From: Haliotis rufescens
Lineage: Eukaryota
Direction of reading: 5' to 3'
Assembly (NCBI RefSeq): GCF_023055435.1
Contig: NW_025964334.1
Coordinates: 22,506,001 to 22,570,000 of the forward strand
Length of the DNA: 64,000 bases
A program made the translations under genes and the position numbers. The notes beneath the pieces are model-generated. The model was not told the DNA's origin. It saw only the letters and a program-made list of their open reading frames with translations, and searched no databases. This document shows, one piece after another, positions 25,626 through 37,783 of this stretch (its first letter is position 1; every line of letters begins with the position of its first letter).

Positions 25626-26054
25626 CATAGTCACAAATGGATCCCTGTTATATTACCAGCAGCGGGACAACTGGCAGGCAGTCAATGCTATCACACACAC
25701 CGTAATTAAAGTGCTGGCACCAGGTGTCAGGTGTAAACGGATCAATCGTCCCATCCCCAACCGAAGCGCCTGATAGGCGTGAAGGTCACGATAATAACTT
25801 TGACATAAAAGGGCCAGAGAGTAGTCTCTTCATGGAGCTAGTTTTAAGCGGACTATGTCCTACTCTGGGGATGATTTAGAGTCGTGGCTTTAGGATGTAG
25901 GACTGGTTATTCTTAAACAAAGGCTTTTTCATTCAAAAACAGTGTTCATAGAGAATACTTTGTACACTGTAGTGTGTGGTAGTTTAATGGTGTAGGCAGA
26001 TGCGGAAAGCGACATCAATACACAAATAGAAAAACGAAAGCATTGCTCCTTGTT

Positions 26055-26410
26055 TGATAGACGGGTACATGTATCTGACATCCATAGCTCCTACCAGACA
26101 GGTATGTAGCAGACGGGTACATAGAGTAGACAGACGGGTACATGTAGCAGGCAGTCGTGGTCCCTACTTGACAGAGGTCGACCATGTAGGAGACAGTCGT
26201 GGTCCCTACGAGACAGAGGTCGACCATGTAGGAGACAGTCGTGGTCCCTACGAGACAGAGGTCGACCATGTAGGAGACAGTCGTGGTTCCCACGAGTCAG
26301 AGGTCGACCATGTAGGAGACAGTCGTGGTCCCTACGAGACAGAGGTCGACCATGTAGGAGACAGTCGTGTCCTCTACTAGATAGACGGGTACATGCGGGA
26401 GGCAGTTCCG
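26055..26410. repeat. 42-bp minisatellite (about 5 clean copies plus degenerate ends)
   Basis: Unit gagacagaggtcgaccatgtaggagacagtcgtggtccctac. Confidence 0.9.
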
Positions 26411-26899
26411 GCTCCTTCGAAACAGACATCATATGACTATAACTAGGGAATTTGTACTGCTGTAACTGAGATCAATGATATTAATACTATGTATATGTCA
26501 TCATGAAATTGGATGATTTATGCATAACCTGATGTTTATCCAATTACTGGATATAATGTTCTATATCATGATAACAATAAAAAATGTTCTATTGTAGGCA
26601 AAAATACTGATTCCAGGGTGATTTGATAAACGTTTCAAGTAAGCATGAGTCGAGTATTTATGACGCATATTATGGTAGTACTGTACAAATAGGATTTAAT
26701 AATTACGCTTAAGGATTTGTGGTACCATTAACTTATCGACAACACATTTGTCATCTGTTGTTTTGTTTACGACGTCACTTTAACGTTTTCAGAGAGTTCT
26801 TACATCTTATATTTATCCTTCCCCAAAGGGAGAGAAACCGTTTATCTTCACTCTGTAGAAATACAAGGGAACAGTTCACTGATATGTTCCTCTGATAGA

Positions 26900-27168
26900 G
26901 TGAGTGAGTGAGTGAGTTGGGTTTAACGCCGCTTTTAACGGTATTTCGGTTATATCACGGCGTGTCAGCTTTATGTGGGAGGAGAGCCCGAAGTGATGCA
27001 GGTCTAAGACGTTTATCACTTCGGTGAAACCCACGAGCACGGGTATGGTGCTGACAAACCTAGAAACATAATCGGGGCGAACCGTGTTTTGAACCGACAA
27101 TCATAGGTTTCTGGCGTGCCCATTCACAGCGAATCGCGGCGCCTTAGGCCTGGGCCGACCGTGCCCCC
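26900..27168 (-). mobile_element. SINE family B with a shortened head
   Basis: 12-bp TSD tccWctgataga (26888-26899, 27169-27180). Confidence 0.9.
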
Positions 27169-28159
27169 TCCACTGATAGACCCATCTGTCAAGTATGATG
27201 ATAAAATACATCACATTTACCCTTGGCGGTATCGGAGGGGTCATTGAAAAATGGAGACGAGTCAAATGGCTTTGGTACTCTGAGGAATTGCCACTGGATA
27301 TGTGCATTTAGAATAGTCGCGGTGAAATGTTGGACAAAAGGCTCGATTCCTGTTCCGCAGAATGTGCAAGATCAAAGGCAGCTTAGGGAATATATCTATT
27401 TTTTATCTATCATCAAGACAGACGGTTCAACAAGACTTGAATAGCCATTTGAGTGACATTTCTGATTGAATTTGACTTCGTATATTTCAGATCATGAGAA
27501 AGTGTTAAGATCATCAATCACCTGTTCCCGACCTGACTCTTATAATTATTTCCAAACATTTTCATGTGTTTTTTAGTAGAAAGTGATTTGATTCAATTTA
27601 AATATTGACAAAGCAATCACTTTTTGACAAGATGGTAGTCAACGATCGATTTCTCTAATCTTGGCTGTGTAGCTTTACAAGAGATCCCATTTCCCAGTAT
27701 CTTCAAAAACAAATTACACGTATGTATTTCACTTTAGCCGTGTATACCTACCGTTATCTGCTCAAGTCGGCGAGATCACCGTGCACGAGGCCTTCCATTA
27801 TATAAGACGTCGGTGTTTGGACTGAGAGCGCGAGGTGGGATAAGGGTCCTTTTTGTTACACTGGAAATGACAAATTTGAAAGTTGTGGAAATCGTTGAAA
27901 TTTTGGCATAAAAATGATTAGGCAAGTCCAAATTGCAGACAACTTTCTTTCTTACACTCTTTTTGTTTTTGGGACACGAAGTAATTCTGGTTAAAATTAG
28001 TGAAAACTATGAGTCCGTGCCCAAAGATGATTTCTTACCTATCGTCATGGACTTGTTCACGTTGAAGTAGTGCCGAAATAGTAAACGTGACAAGAGCGGT
28101 CTAATTGCCATTCATGTCATCGCAGTGTCTTTGTAGAGTGTCGCTTTTGAGAGTGACTG

Positions 28160-28450
28160 AATGGGTGACCGCTTGACGCATGACAGTTTCTAGGGCACAT
28201 GCAGTGTATCCTTAGGCAAGCGATCTGGTTCGAAACATGCCTCTGTTCATCCAGCAGTGAATGTGTTTCCTGTAAGATAAGATGACAATGAAACCGTTAA
28301 CCTTCTAGCGCCTCACAGACAGCTTGGGTTGCATACCCCCAAGGGAGCTGAGCAAGAGAAAATCGTGTGCACACTGATCCATTGACTATGGTTATAACTG
28401 TAGCTCTTTGTGCATGCACCTCAGTAGTGTGGAAATATAGCAGAGTACGT
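28160..28450 (+). mobile_element. Degenerate CORE-SINE-like element
   Basis: gtgtatccttaggcaag...tgcctctgttcatccagcagtgaatg resembles the CORE domain and its usual 3' extension; single copy, from recall only. Confidence 0.35.
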
Positions 28451-28496
28451 ATAAAGGGCATCTTCTTCTTATTGCCATCATCATCATCATCATCCT

Positions 28497-28809
28497 GACT
28501 GCCTCCGTGGTCTAGTGGTAGAGCGTCCGGAGAGCGAAAGGTCCGGGTTCGATCCCCGGCCGCGTCATACCAAAAGACGTTAAAAGATGGTACTTGTGTT
28601 TACCCTGTCTGGCGCAGTCAGTATACTGTGTCTGAGTGGGGTATTCATGTTAAACTGCGGCATGGTATCTCAGTGAGCTAGCACTATAAATCGGCATCAG
28701 TCCGGACTAGTACAAGCAGCCACACAAACACACACGTACATGCACGTCGCTATATAAGTGCAATAATCTTGGACGCGACGTTAAACCCCATTTCACCTCA
28801 CCTCACCTC
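28497..28809 (+). mobile_element. SINE family A inserted in a (CAT)n tract
   Basis: Head and (cacct)n tail present, with an internal deletion; (cat)n on both sides. Confidence 0.9.
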
Positions 28810-28858
28810 ATCATCATCATCATCAAGCATACAGTTTTGGTGACTTACTACACAAATA

Positions 28859-29003
28859 NNNNNNNNNNNNNNNNNNNNNNNNNNNNNNNNNNNNNNNNNN
28901 NNNNNNNNNNNNNNNNNNNNNNNNNNNNNNNNNNNNNNNNNNNNNNNNNNNNNNNNNNNNNNNNNNNNNNNNNNNNNNNNNNNNNNNNNNNNNNNNNNNN
29001 NNN
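28859..29003. other. Assembly gap
   Basis: Run of N. Confidence 1.
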
Positions 29004-29234
29004 NTAATTTTACTTATAATCAATTAATAGTTATTTAGATAACTAGCTCGGTGTTGGTCATCTACAGCTGATGAATGAAAAATGTTTTATATTTTCTTTT
29101 CTTAAACATTTGTAACTGGAAGATTGTGTTTTTTAGTGTATATTTCAGCATTGGCAAAATGTTTCTTTACTTCTCAGACGTCAGGAGGTAGGTTATGATT
29201 TGATTGTACTTTCTCAGTATGCATGCAAATAGTG

Positions 29235-29434
29235 ACCTTTGTAGTCCGCGTAAAGCAAGATTACATCTATATGACGGTGGTCTGTGAATAATTGAGTCTT
29301 GACCAGACAATCCCGTGATCAGAATCATGACCATCGATCTACGCAAGTTTGGATACGATAACATTCATCAACCAAGCCGACGAGCCTGACCACCCGATCC
29401 CGTTAGTCACCTCGTACAAGCATGGCTTGCTGAA
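29235..29434 (-). mobile_element. Family C element, degenerate
   Basis: tatatgacggtggtctgtg...gagcctgaccacccgatcccgttagtc. Confidence 0.8.
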
Positions 29435-29653
29435 AACTGCATTGCGTGATATCATAATGACAATATTCTTATTTCACACACTGCGCTGCCCATAATATAA
29501 ACATCCAATTTCATATCAGATGAGTAATTCGTTTTACCCCTGGGGATTCCGGGTTAGACGTGACCCTAACATTCTATGCTGGACAAGCATTTGTTATTAT
29601 ATTTTTACATGCTGCCGGGATGAGGTTTAACTGCTTTTGCTAATATACGTATA

Positions 29654-29994
29654 CCGTATTCGACATATTAGGCGCCCAGGGCGCTCTCAAAATTAGAAAT
29701 AGGGGCTCTTATTAGAATATTATTTTGGTGAAAAACCACAGAGATGAAAGATCGTACATTTTGTGGTTCATGCTGACAGCCTGAAATGTTTACATACGAC
29801 AGATGTATTTTTCCCAGAATTTAATAGCCCATAATTAAGGGTGTATATAACAAACGTATTATGCACGAATAAATAGTCTTGTGTACATTTATCAATCGGA
29901 AGGGGTGCTAATCGGGATTGTTCACTGGCCAGTATATTAGCCAATATCGCCGTGGGCGCATATTACAGCGGGGCGCTTATTACGTCGAATACGG
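29654..29994 (-). mobile_element. Second copy of the TA-flanked MITE, opposite orientation
   Basis: TIRs ccgtattcgacatattaggcgccc / gggcgcttattacgtcgaatacgg; interior is the reverse complement of 19869-20212. Confidence 0.85.
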
Positions 29995-30487
29995 TAAATG
30001 AATATATCAGTAGATCCCATTGTATCGGTGCGTATATTACTGTCAAAATAATGTGTTTTATGATTACTATCAGACAGCCAGTGCCGCTTATGGTCTGTTA
30101 ATAACAAAATGACATGCATTATACCCCCAATTGTCTGGTCGGTCTGATAGAGATCTGTGACGTAGTAGAATTGCTGCCTCGAATCTCAAATTGCATGGCA
30201 CACGCACGGCTTCGGTCGGTATCGCGGTTATCCGGCGTTCAATCCTAAATCACTGTCATCCTGGATATAATAAACGACATAATATTATGCACAAAAATAC
30301 AATTTCAGTTATTTTAGATTATGCCTTCTTAAAGGAAATTGCTTCCTGTTATTCCTGCAAGGGCGCTTTTTATTGATACTATCGTTATAAGTACTTAAAT
30401 AAAAAAGAAATCTACACATGTTTACGTCTCGGTCCTGACCTGGACTTCATTGACGACATATGCTGATGGGTGAAATGGACGTGTTGG

Positions 30488-31494
30488 ACTACAGAGAGAT
30501 AGATGGAGTGAACAACTGGGGAGACAGAAAGGTTTAAATGAACGATTTGGGAGACAGAGAAAGGCTTGAGTGGACGAATGGGGAGACAGAGAAAGGCTTG
30601 AGTGGAGGAACTGGGAGACACAGAAAGGCTTGAGTGGAGGAACTGGGAGACACAGAAAGGCTTGAGTGGAGGAACTGGGAGACACAGAAAGGCTTGATTG
30701 GAGGAACTGGGAGACACAGAAAGGCTTGAGTGGAGGAACTGGGAGACAGAGAAAGGCTTGAGTGGAGGAACTGGGAGACACAGAAAGGCTTGAGTGGAGG
30801 AACTGGGAGACACAGAAAGGCTTGAGTGGAGGAACTGGGAGACAGAGAAAGGCTAGAATGGAGGAACTCGGAGACAGAGAAAGGCTTGAGTGGACGAATG
30901 GGGAGACAGAGAAAGGCTTGAGTGGAGGAACTGGGAGACACAGAAAGGCTGGAGTGGAGGAACTGGGAGACAGAGAAAGGCTTGAGTGGAGGAACTGGGA
31001 GACAGAGAAAGGCTTGAGTGGACGAATGGGGAGACACAGAAAGGCTGGAGTGGCCGAATGGGGAGACAGAGAAAGGCTTGAGTGGAGGAACTGGGAGACA
31101 GAGAAAGGCTTGAGTGGAGGAACTGGGAGACACAGAAAGGCTTGAGTGGAGGAACTGGGAGACACAGAAAGGCTTGAGTGGAGGAACTGGGAGACAGAGA
31201 AAGGCTAGAATGGAGGAACTCGGAGACAGAGAAAGGCTTGAGTGGACGAATGGGGAGACAGAGAAAGGCTTGAGTGGAGGAACTGGGAGACACAGAAAGG
31301 CTGGAGTGGAGGAACTGGGAGACAGAGAAAGGCTTGAGTGGAGGAACTGGGAGACAGAGAAAGGCTTGAGTGGACGAATGGGGAGACACAGAAAGGCTGG
31401 AGTGGCCGAATGGGGAGACAGAGAAAGGCTTGAGTGGAGGAACTGGGAGACAGAGAAAGGCTTGAGTGGAGGAACTGGGAGACAGAGAAAGGCT
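30488..31494. repeat. 32-bp purine-rich minisatellite with a 352-bp higher-order duplication
   Basis: Unit gggagacaSagaaaggcttgagtggaggaact; identical ORF starts at 30762 and 31114 (352 = 11 x 32). Confidence 0.95.
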
Positions 31495-34425
31495 AGAGCG
31501 GATAGATGGGAAGACGTAGAGATAGCTAGAGCGGACGGATAGGGAGACAAAGGAGCAGCCAGAGCGGATAGATGGGAAGACGTAGAGATAGCTAGAGTGA
31601 AATGGACAAGGAGACAAAGGAGCAGCCAGAGCGGATAGATGGGAAGACGTAGAGATAGCTAGAGCGGACGGATAGGGAGACAAAGGAGCAGCCAGAGCGG
31701 ATAGATGGGAAGACGTAGAGATAGCTAGAGTGGACGGATAGGGAGACAAAGGAGCAGCCAGAGCGGATAGATGGGAAGACGTAGAGATAGCTAGAGTGAA
31801 ATGGACAAGGAGACAAAGGAGCAGCCAGAGCGGATAGATGGGAAGACGTAGAGATAGCTAGAGCGGACGGATAGGGAGACAAAGGAGCAGCCAGAGCGCA
31901 TAGATGGGAAGACGTAGAGATAGCTAGAGCGGACGGATAGGAAGACAAAGGAGCAGCCAGAGCGGATAGATGGGAAGACGTAGAGATAGCTAGAGAGAAA
32001 TGGATAAGGAGACAAAAGGAGCAGCCAGAGCGGATAGATGGGAAGGCGTAGAGATAGCTAGAGCGGACGGATAGGGAGACAAAGGAGCAGCCAGAGCGCA
32101 TAGATGGGAAGACGTAGAGATAGCTAGAGCGGACGGATAGGAAGACAAAGGAGCAGCCAGAGCGGATAGATGGGAAGACGTAGAGATAGCTAGAGTGGGC
32201 GGATAGGGAGACAAAGGAGCAGCCAGAGCGGATAGATGGGAAGACGTAGAGATAGCTAGAGTGGACGGATAGGGAGACAAAGGAGCAGCCAGAGCGGATA
32301 GATGGGAAGACGTAGAGATAGCTAGAGTGAAATGGACAAGGAGACAAAGGAGCAGCCAGAGCGGATAGATGGGAAGACGTAGAGATAGCTAGAGCGGACG
32401 GATAGGGAGACAAAGGAGCAGCCAGAGCGGATAGATGGGAAGACGTAGAGATAGCTAGAGTGGACGGATAGGGAGACAAAGGAGCAGCCAGAGCGGATAG
32501 ATGGGAAGACGTAGAGATAGCTAGAGTGAAATGGACAAGGAGACAAAGGAGCAGCCAGAGCGGATAGATGGGAAGACGTAGAGATAGCTAGAGCGGACGG
32601 ATAGGGAGACAAAGGAGCAGCCAGAGCGGATAGATGGGAAGACGTAGAGATAGCTAGAGTGGACGGATAGGGAGACAAAGGAGCAGCCAGAGCGGATAGA
32701 TGGGAAGACGTAGAGATAGCTAGAGTGAAATGGACAAGGAGACAAAGGAGCAGCCAGAGCGGATAGATGGGAAGACGTAGAGATAGCTAGAGCGGACGGA
32801 TAGGGAGACAAAGGAGCAGCCAGAGCGCATAGATGGGAAGACGTAGAGATAGCTAGAGCGGACGGATAGGAAGACAAAGGAGCAGCCAGAGCGGATAGAT
32901 GGGAAGACGTAGAGATAGCTAGAGAGAAATGGATAAGGAGACAAAAGGAGCAGCCAGAGCGGATAGATGGGAAGGCGTAGAGATAGCTAGAGCGGACGGA
33001 TAGGGAGACAAAGGAGCAGCCAGAGCGCATAGATGGGAAGACGTAGAGATAGCTAGAGCGGACGGATAGGAAGACAAAGGAGCAGCCAGAGCGGATAGAT
33101 GGGAAGACGTAGAGATAGCTAGAGTGGGCGGATAGGGAGACAAAGGAGCAGCCAGAGCGGATAGATGGGAAGACGTAGAGATAGCTAGAGTGAAATGGAC
33201 AAGGAGACAAAGGAGCAGCCAGAGCGGATAGATGGGAAGACGTAGAGATAGCTAGAGCGGACGGATAGGGAGACAAAGGAGCAGCCAGAGCGGATAGATG
33301 GGAAGACGTAGAGATAGCTAGAGTGGACGGATAGGGAGACAAAGGAGCAGCCAGAGCGGATAGATGGGAAGACGTAGAGATAGCTAGAGTGAAATGGACA
33401 AGGAGACAAAGGAGCAGCCAGAGCGGATAGATGGGAAGACGTAGAGATAGCTAGAGTGGACGGATAGGGAGACAAAGGAGCAGCCAGAGCGCATAGATGG
33501 GAAGACGTAGAGATAGCTAGAGTGGACGGATAGGGAGACAAAGGAGCAGCCAGAGCGCATAGATGGGAAGACGTAGAGATAGCTAGAGTGGGCGGATAGG
33601 GAGACAAAGGAGCAGCCAGAGCGGATAGATGGGAAGACGTAGAGATAGCTAGAGTGAAATGGACAAGGAGACAAAGGAACAGCCAGAGCGGATAGATGGG
33701 AAGACGTAGAGATAGCTAGAGAGAAATGGACAAGGAGACAAAGGAGCAGCCAGAGCGGATAGATGGGAAGACGTAGAGATAGCTAGAGTGAAATGGACAA
33801 GGAGACAAAGGAACAGCCAGAGCGGATAGATGGGAAGACGTAGAGATAGCTAGAGAGAAATGGACAAGGAGACAAAGGAACAGCCAGAGCGGATAGATGG
33901 GAAGACGTAGAGACAGCTAGAGTGGACGGATAGGGAGACAAAGGAGCAGCCAGAGCGAATAGATGGGAAGACGTAGAGATAGCTAGAGTGGGCGGATAGG
34001 GAGACAAAGGAGCAGCCAGAGCGCATAGATGGGAAGACGTAGAGATAGCTAGAGCGGACGGATAGGGAGACAAAGGAGCAGCCAGAGCGCATAGATGGGA
34101 AGACGTAGAGATAGCTAGAGTGGGCGGATAGGAAGACAAAGGAGCAGCCAGAGCGAATAGATGGGAAGACGTAGAGATAGCTAGAGTGGGCGGATAGGGA
34201 GACAAAGGAGCAGCCAGAGCGCATAGATGGGAAGACGTAGAGATAGCTAGAGTGAAATGGACAAGGAGACAAAGGAACAGCCAGAGCGGATAGATGGGAA
34301 GACGTAGAGATAGCTAGAGAGAAATGGACAAGGAGACAAAGGAACAGCCAGAGCGGATAGATGGGAAGACGTAGAGATAGCTAGAGTGGACGGATAGGGA
34401 GACAAGGGAGCAGCCTGAGCGAGAC
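31495..34425. repeat. 66/67-bp dimeric (2 x 33) purine-rich minisatellite with 199-bp and 929-bp higher-order structure
   Basis: Unit gagcggatagatgggaagacgtagagatagcta+gagcggacggatagggagacaaaggagcagcca; variant units recur at 199-bp and 929-bp spacing. Confidence 0.95.
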
Positions 34426-35694
34426 GGGAAAACAGGTTTCTTTTGAAAGAAAAACAACGGACAGTGGAAAGAACGTTTTAATGCACATATATATATATTT
34501 AGAGTCATGATATTTTGGAGTTAAATTTCTTTGCTCATGTCCAGGATTCGAATACCAGATTCGCCATGACTACGTATGATCCGTACGTTTCCAGGACCTT
34601 ACCCTTGCTCTCGAAAACAATATTTCGACCTGAATCAGATGTGGCTTGTCTCCCACAATGCACGGGTTCGCCAAGATGGCAATAAAATACTCAAATACCA
34701 ACTCCTATTTAGGAATAAAAATTGCAAAACTCATAAGTTTAGACACTGAGAGTTGGTGTGAAATTAATTACAACTTCACCCATCTCATGTCATTTCAGAA
34801 GTCTTTCCCAAGCTAAACTAATTACACACGCAAATATCACCATTGTAGTCCTGATTCCAAACCATTGTTAATTCTTGAATGCTATTAATCACAGTAAAAG
34901 TGACGATGTAGTTGTTTGAAACAAACTCCAGTTTGTTTTCACAGCAAAGCAAATCTCTGCCTACATATAAAATCGTGACATTTCTCAGGTGCAGCCTTTT
35001 TACACAGAGCGTACAGAGACCGATCAGGTTCCATAATTAGAGGCCTGTCACTGGGAACTTTTTCCTCATGTCTTTGTGTTTTTTTAGCTATAACATTTAG
35101 CAAGACTTTAAATTTCAAGAATTAAATCACATTTGCAATGGTAATTGGTTTCCTGGTGTCTATAAATGATGGCTTGGCATTCGTGTTCTTCTCTTTTGTG
35201 AACACGATACCCTATTACCTGCACCTTCGTTAAGACAAAGAAGAAGCTGTCGACATTTACACTGCGGCGTGATACTGACACACGAACTAAAAACCTACGT
35301 CCTAAGAGCATGCCAAATCATTATTGCCAAAAGGCGCTTTAAGTGGACCAGACATCAAAGATGCCCTTTAAGCATGCCACACCATTACTGTAATCTTGTA
35401 TGACAGAGATGATCAATGTATTTTTACTGTAGATATGTTCGCTTCTACGTACAGTTTCATCCATCATCGGCAGCTACTTTTGTGACAAGTTAGGATAGTA
35501 AATACTTCTTAGACCATCAGCTTCAACTTTTCCACCATGTTCAGGCTACTGTTTTTTTCCGTCTCTTAATCATGTGTACTATGACCATCTCCTGCTTGTC
35601 GGATAGCACAATGGACAGTGCGTAAGCCCGACACACAGAGGAGAGACGCTGGTGGCTCGATAATCTAAGGCAGATTAATTCGCCGAGCAGAGTT

Positions 35695-35937
35695 TGTTTT
35701 GTTTTGTTTGTTTGTTGTTTAACGCCGCACTCAACAATATTCCAGCTATATGACGGCGGTCTGTAAACAGTCGAGTCTGGACCTGACAATCCAGTGATTG
35801 ACATCATGAGTATCGTCCACGCAATTGGGATACGATGACATGCATCAACCATGTCAGCGAGCCTGACTGCCCGATCCCGTTAGTCGCCTTTAACGGCAAG
35901 CATGGGTTGCTGAAGACCTATCGGATCTTCACGGGTC
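35695..35937 (-). mobile_element. Family C element, full length (one-motif variant)
   Basis: 9-bp TSD agcagagtt (35686-35694, 35938-35946); same 5' end GACCCGTGAAGATCC. Confidence 0.9.
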
Positions 35938-36299
35938 AGCAGAGTTGAGTCCCACGCCGCACCATGATATCTGATCACAGATTCGAAATCCTGGTTTGCT
36001 GCTGATATTAGTCATTATTCTCTCAACACCATACCAGTGCTCATTTACCAAACCGCCAAACACTTGTGTCACTTGGTGCTCTCTAAACACAACAGATTGA
36101 AAATACAATAAAAATTTAAATATTGTTATAAAAGCATAAATCCCAACTCTACTCGTACACGCACGCACGCACGCACGCGCGTCAGGATCACATGCGCCAG
36201 TATTCGATTCCGTGCGCCTCCGTCTAGGCCAGTGCGTGGGTGCACATGTAGTACACAACATTGCAAGTACTGAGGACACATGCACAACATAAACCAACA

Positions 36300-36445
36300 T
36301 TTTGTTTCCTTTGCTTTTTAACGCCGCACTCAGCAGTAGTCCAGTTTTATGACGGCGGTCTGTAAATAATTGAGTCTGGACCAGACAATCCTATGATTGA
36401 CATCATAGTCGCCTTTTGCAGCAAGCAGGGGTTGATGAAGACCTA
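36300..36445 (-). mobile_element. Family C element, internally deleted
   Basis: 3' body joined directly to tagtcgccttttgcagcaagcaggggttgatgaagaccta. Confidence 0.75.
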
Positions 36446-36966
36446 GTTTTGAAATATTTTGCTTTACTACGCGCACCAAGAATGTGTGTACCTACATGTA
36501 AGTGGGACACCAAGCTCTTCAAAGAGTAACAAACCAACGCTTTATAACCACTGTCCCGCCAAATAAGTTAACTTTGCTTCTCGGGAAAATGCACAGTGAC
36601 ACTGCCATGTACAGAGGGAAAGGAAGTAGAACAAGATTTCTCTACATCACATCCGCCCAGATCTGAAGATCTTTATCAATCCTTTAAAGACGGAACAAAT
36701 ATTGTCTTGTGCCAATTTGGGTGACCGTCTCTAGTTGTTCAATATAATTACAGGGTTCCAGAACGTGCGTTTGAAGGCAGGACACTTGTTGTCGGGACGA
36801 ACAAAGATAACCAGACTGCCCTAACGTTCTTGTTAAACACGTATTGCCCAACTACAAATAGCAGGGGGGTTTCAATTTTGACGTCACTAGCCATGTGCGG
36901 TGAATTGGGTTTTAACGCCGCGTTCAATGATGTTAAAGTTATTTAGCGACTTTCATACGCACGCTC

Positions 36967-37017
<51 letters not shown>

Positions 37018-37020
37018 TGT
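36967..37020. repeat. (GCGT)n microsatellite in a degenerate SINE A 3' end
   Basis: Seen directly; preceded by ggtgaattgggttttaacgccgcgttcaa. Confidence 0.9.
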
Positions 37021-37048
37021 GTTTACCAAGTTTACTGACTCCGAACAG

Positions 37049-37403
37049 GTGAGGTGAATTTTGGTTTAACGTGGCGCCCAAGATTATTGCATTTATATAG
37101 CGACGTGCATGCACGTGTGCGTATGTGTGTGTGTGGCTGCTTGTACTAGTGCGGACTGATGCCGATTTATAGTGCTAGCTCACTGAGATACCATATCAAA
37201 GTTTAACTTGAATACCCTACTCAGACACAGTATACTGACTCCGAGCCGACCAGTCCTTGTTTTAGCCCCTAAATGCCGAGCGACAGACAGGGTAACAATT
37301 CGTACCATCTTTTAACGTCTTTTAGTATGACGCGGCCGTGGATAGAACCCCGGACCTTTCGCTCTCCGGGCGGACCCTCTTCCACTGGACCCCCGAGGCG
37401 GTC
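37049..37403 (-). mobile_element. SINE family A, full length
   Basis: 12-bp TSD gactccgaacag (37037-37048, 37404-37415). Confidence 0.9.
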
Positions 37404-37448
37404 GACTCCGAACAGACCCGTTCTTGTTTCACATCAATCTTGAGCATA

Positions 37449-37580
37449 NNNNNNNNNNNNNNNNNNNNNNNNNNNNNNNNNNNNNNNNNNNNNNNNNNNN
37501 NNNNNNNNNNNNNNNNNNNNNNNNNNNNNNNNNNNNNNNNNNNNNNNNNNNNNNNNNNNNNNNNNNNNNNNNNNNNNNNN
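37449..37580. other. Assembly gap
   Basis: Run of N. Confidence 1.
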
Positions 37581-37622
37581 TCAGAAGAAGTTCCCTGTAC
37601 TTAATAATTGTCATGATTATCA

Positions 37623-37783
37623 GGCGGTCGGGTAGCCTAGTGGTTAAGCGTTAGCTCGTCACGCCGAAGACCCGGGTTCGATTCCCGACATGGGTACAGT
37701 GTGTGAGGCCCCTTTCTGGTGTCCCCCGCCGTGATATTGAATATTGCTAAAAGCGGCGCAAAACCATACTCACTCACTCACTG
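37623..37783 (+). mobile_element. SINE family D
   Basis: 10-bp TSD atgattatca (37613-37622, 37784-37793). Confidence 0.9.

Noticed and set aside
30412-34508. Long Ser/Pro/Leu-rich minus-strand ORFs and Glu/Gly/Arg-rich plus-strand ORFs
   Set aside because: Artefacts of the 32-bp and 66/67-bp repeats.
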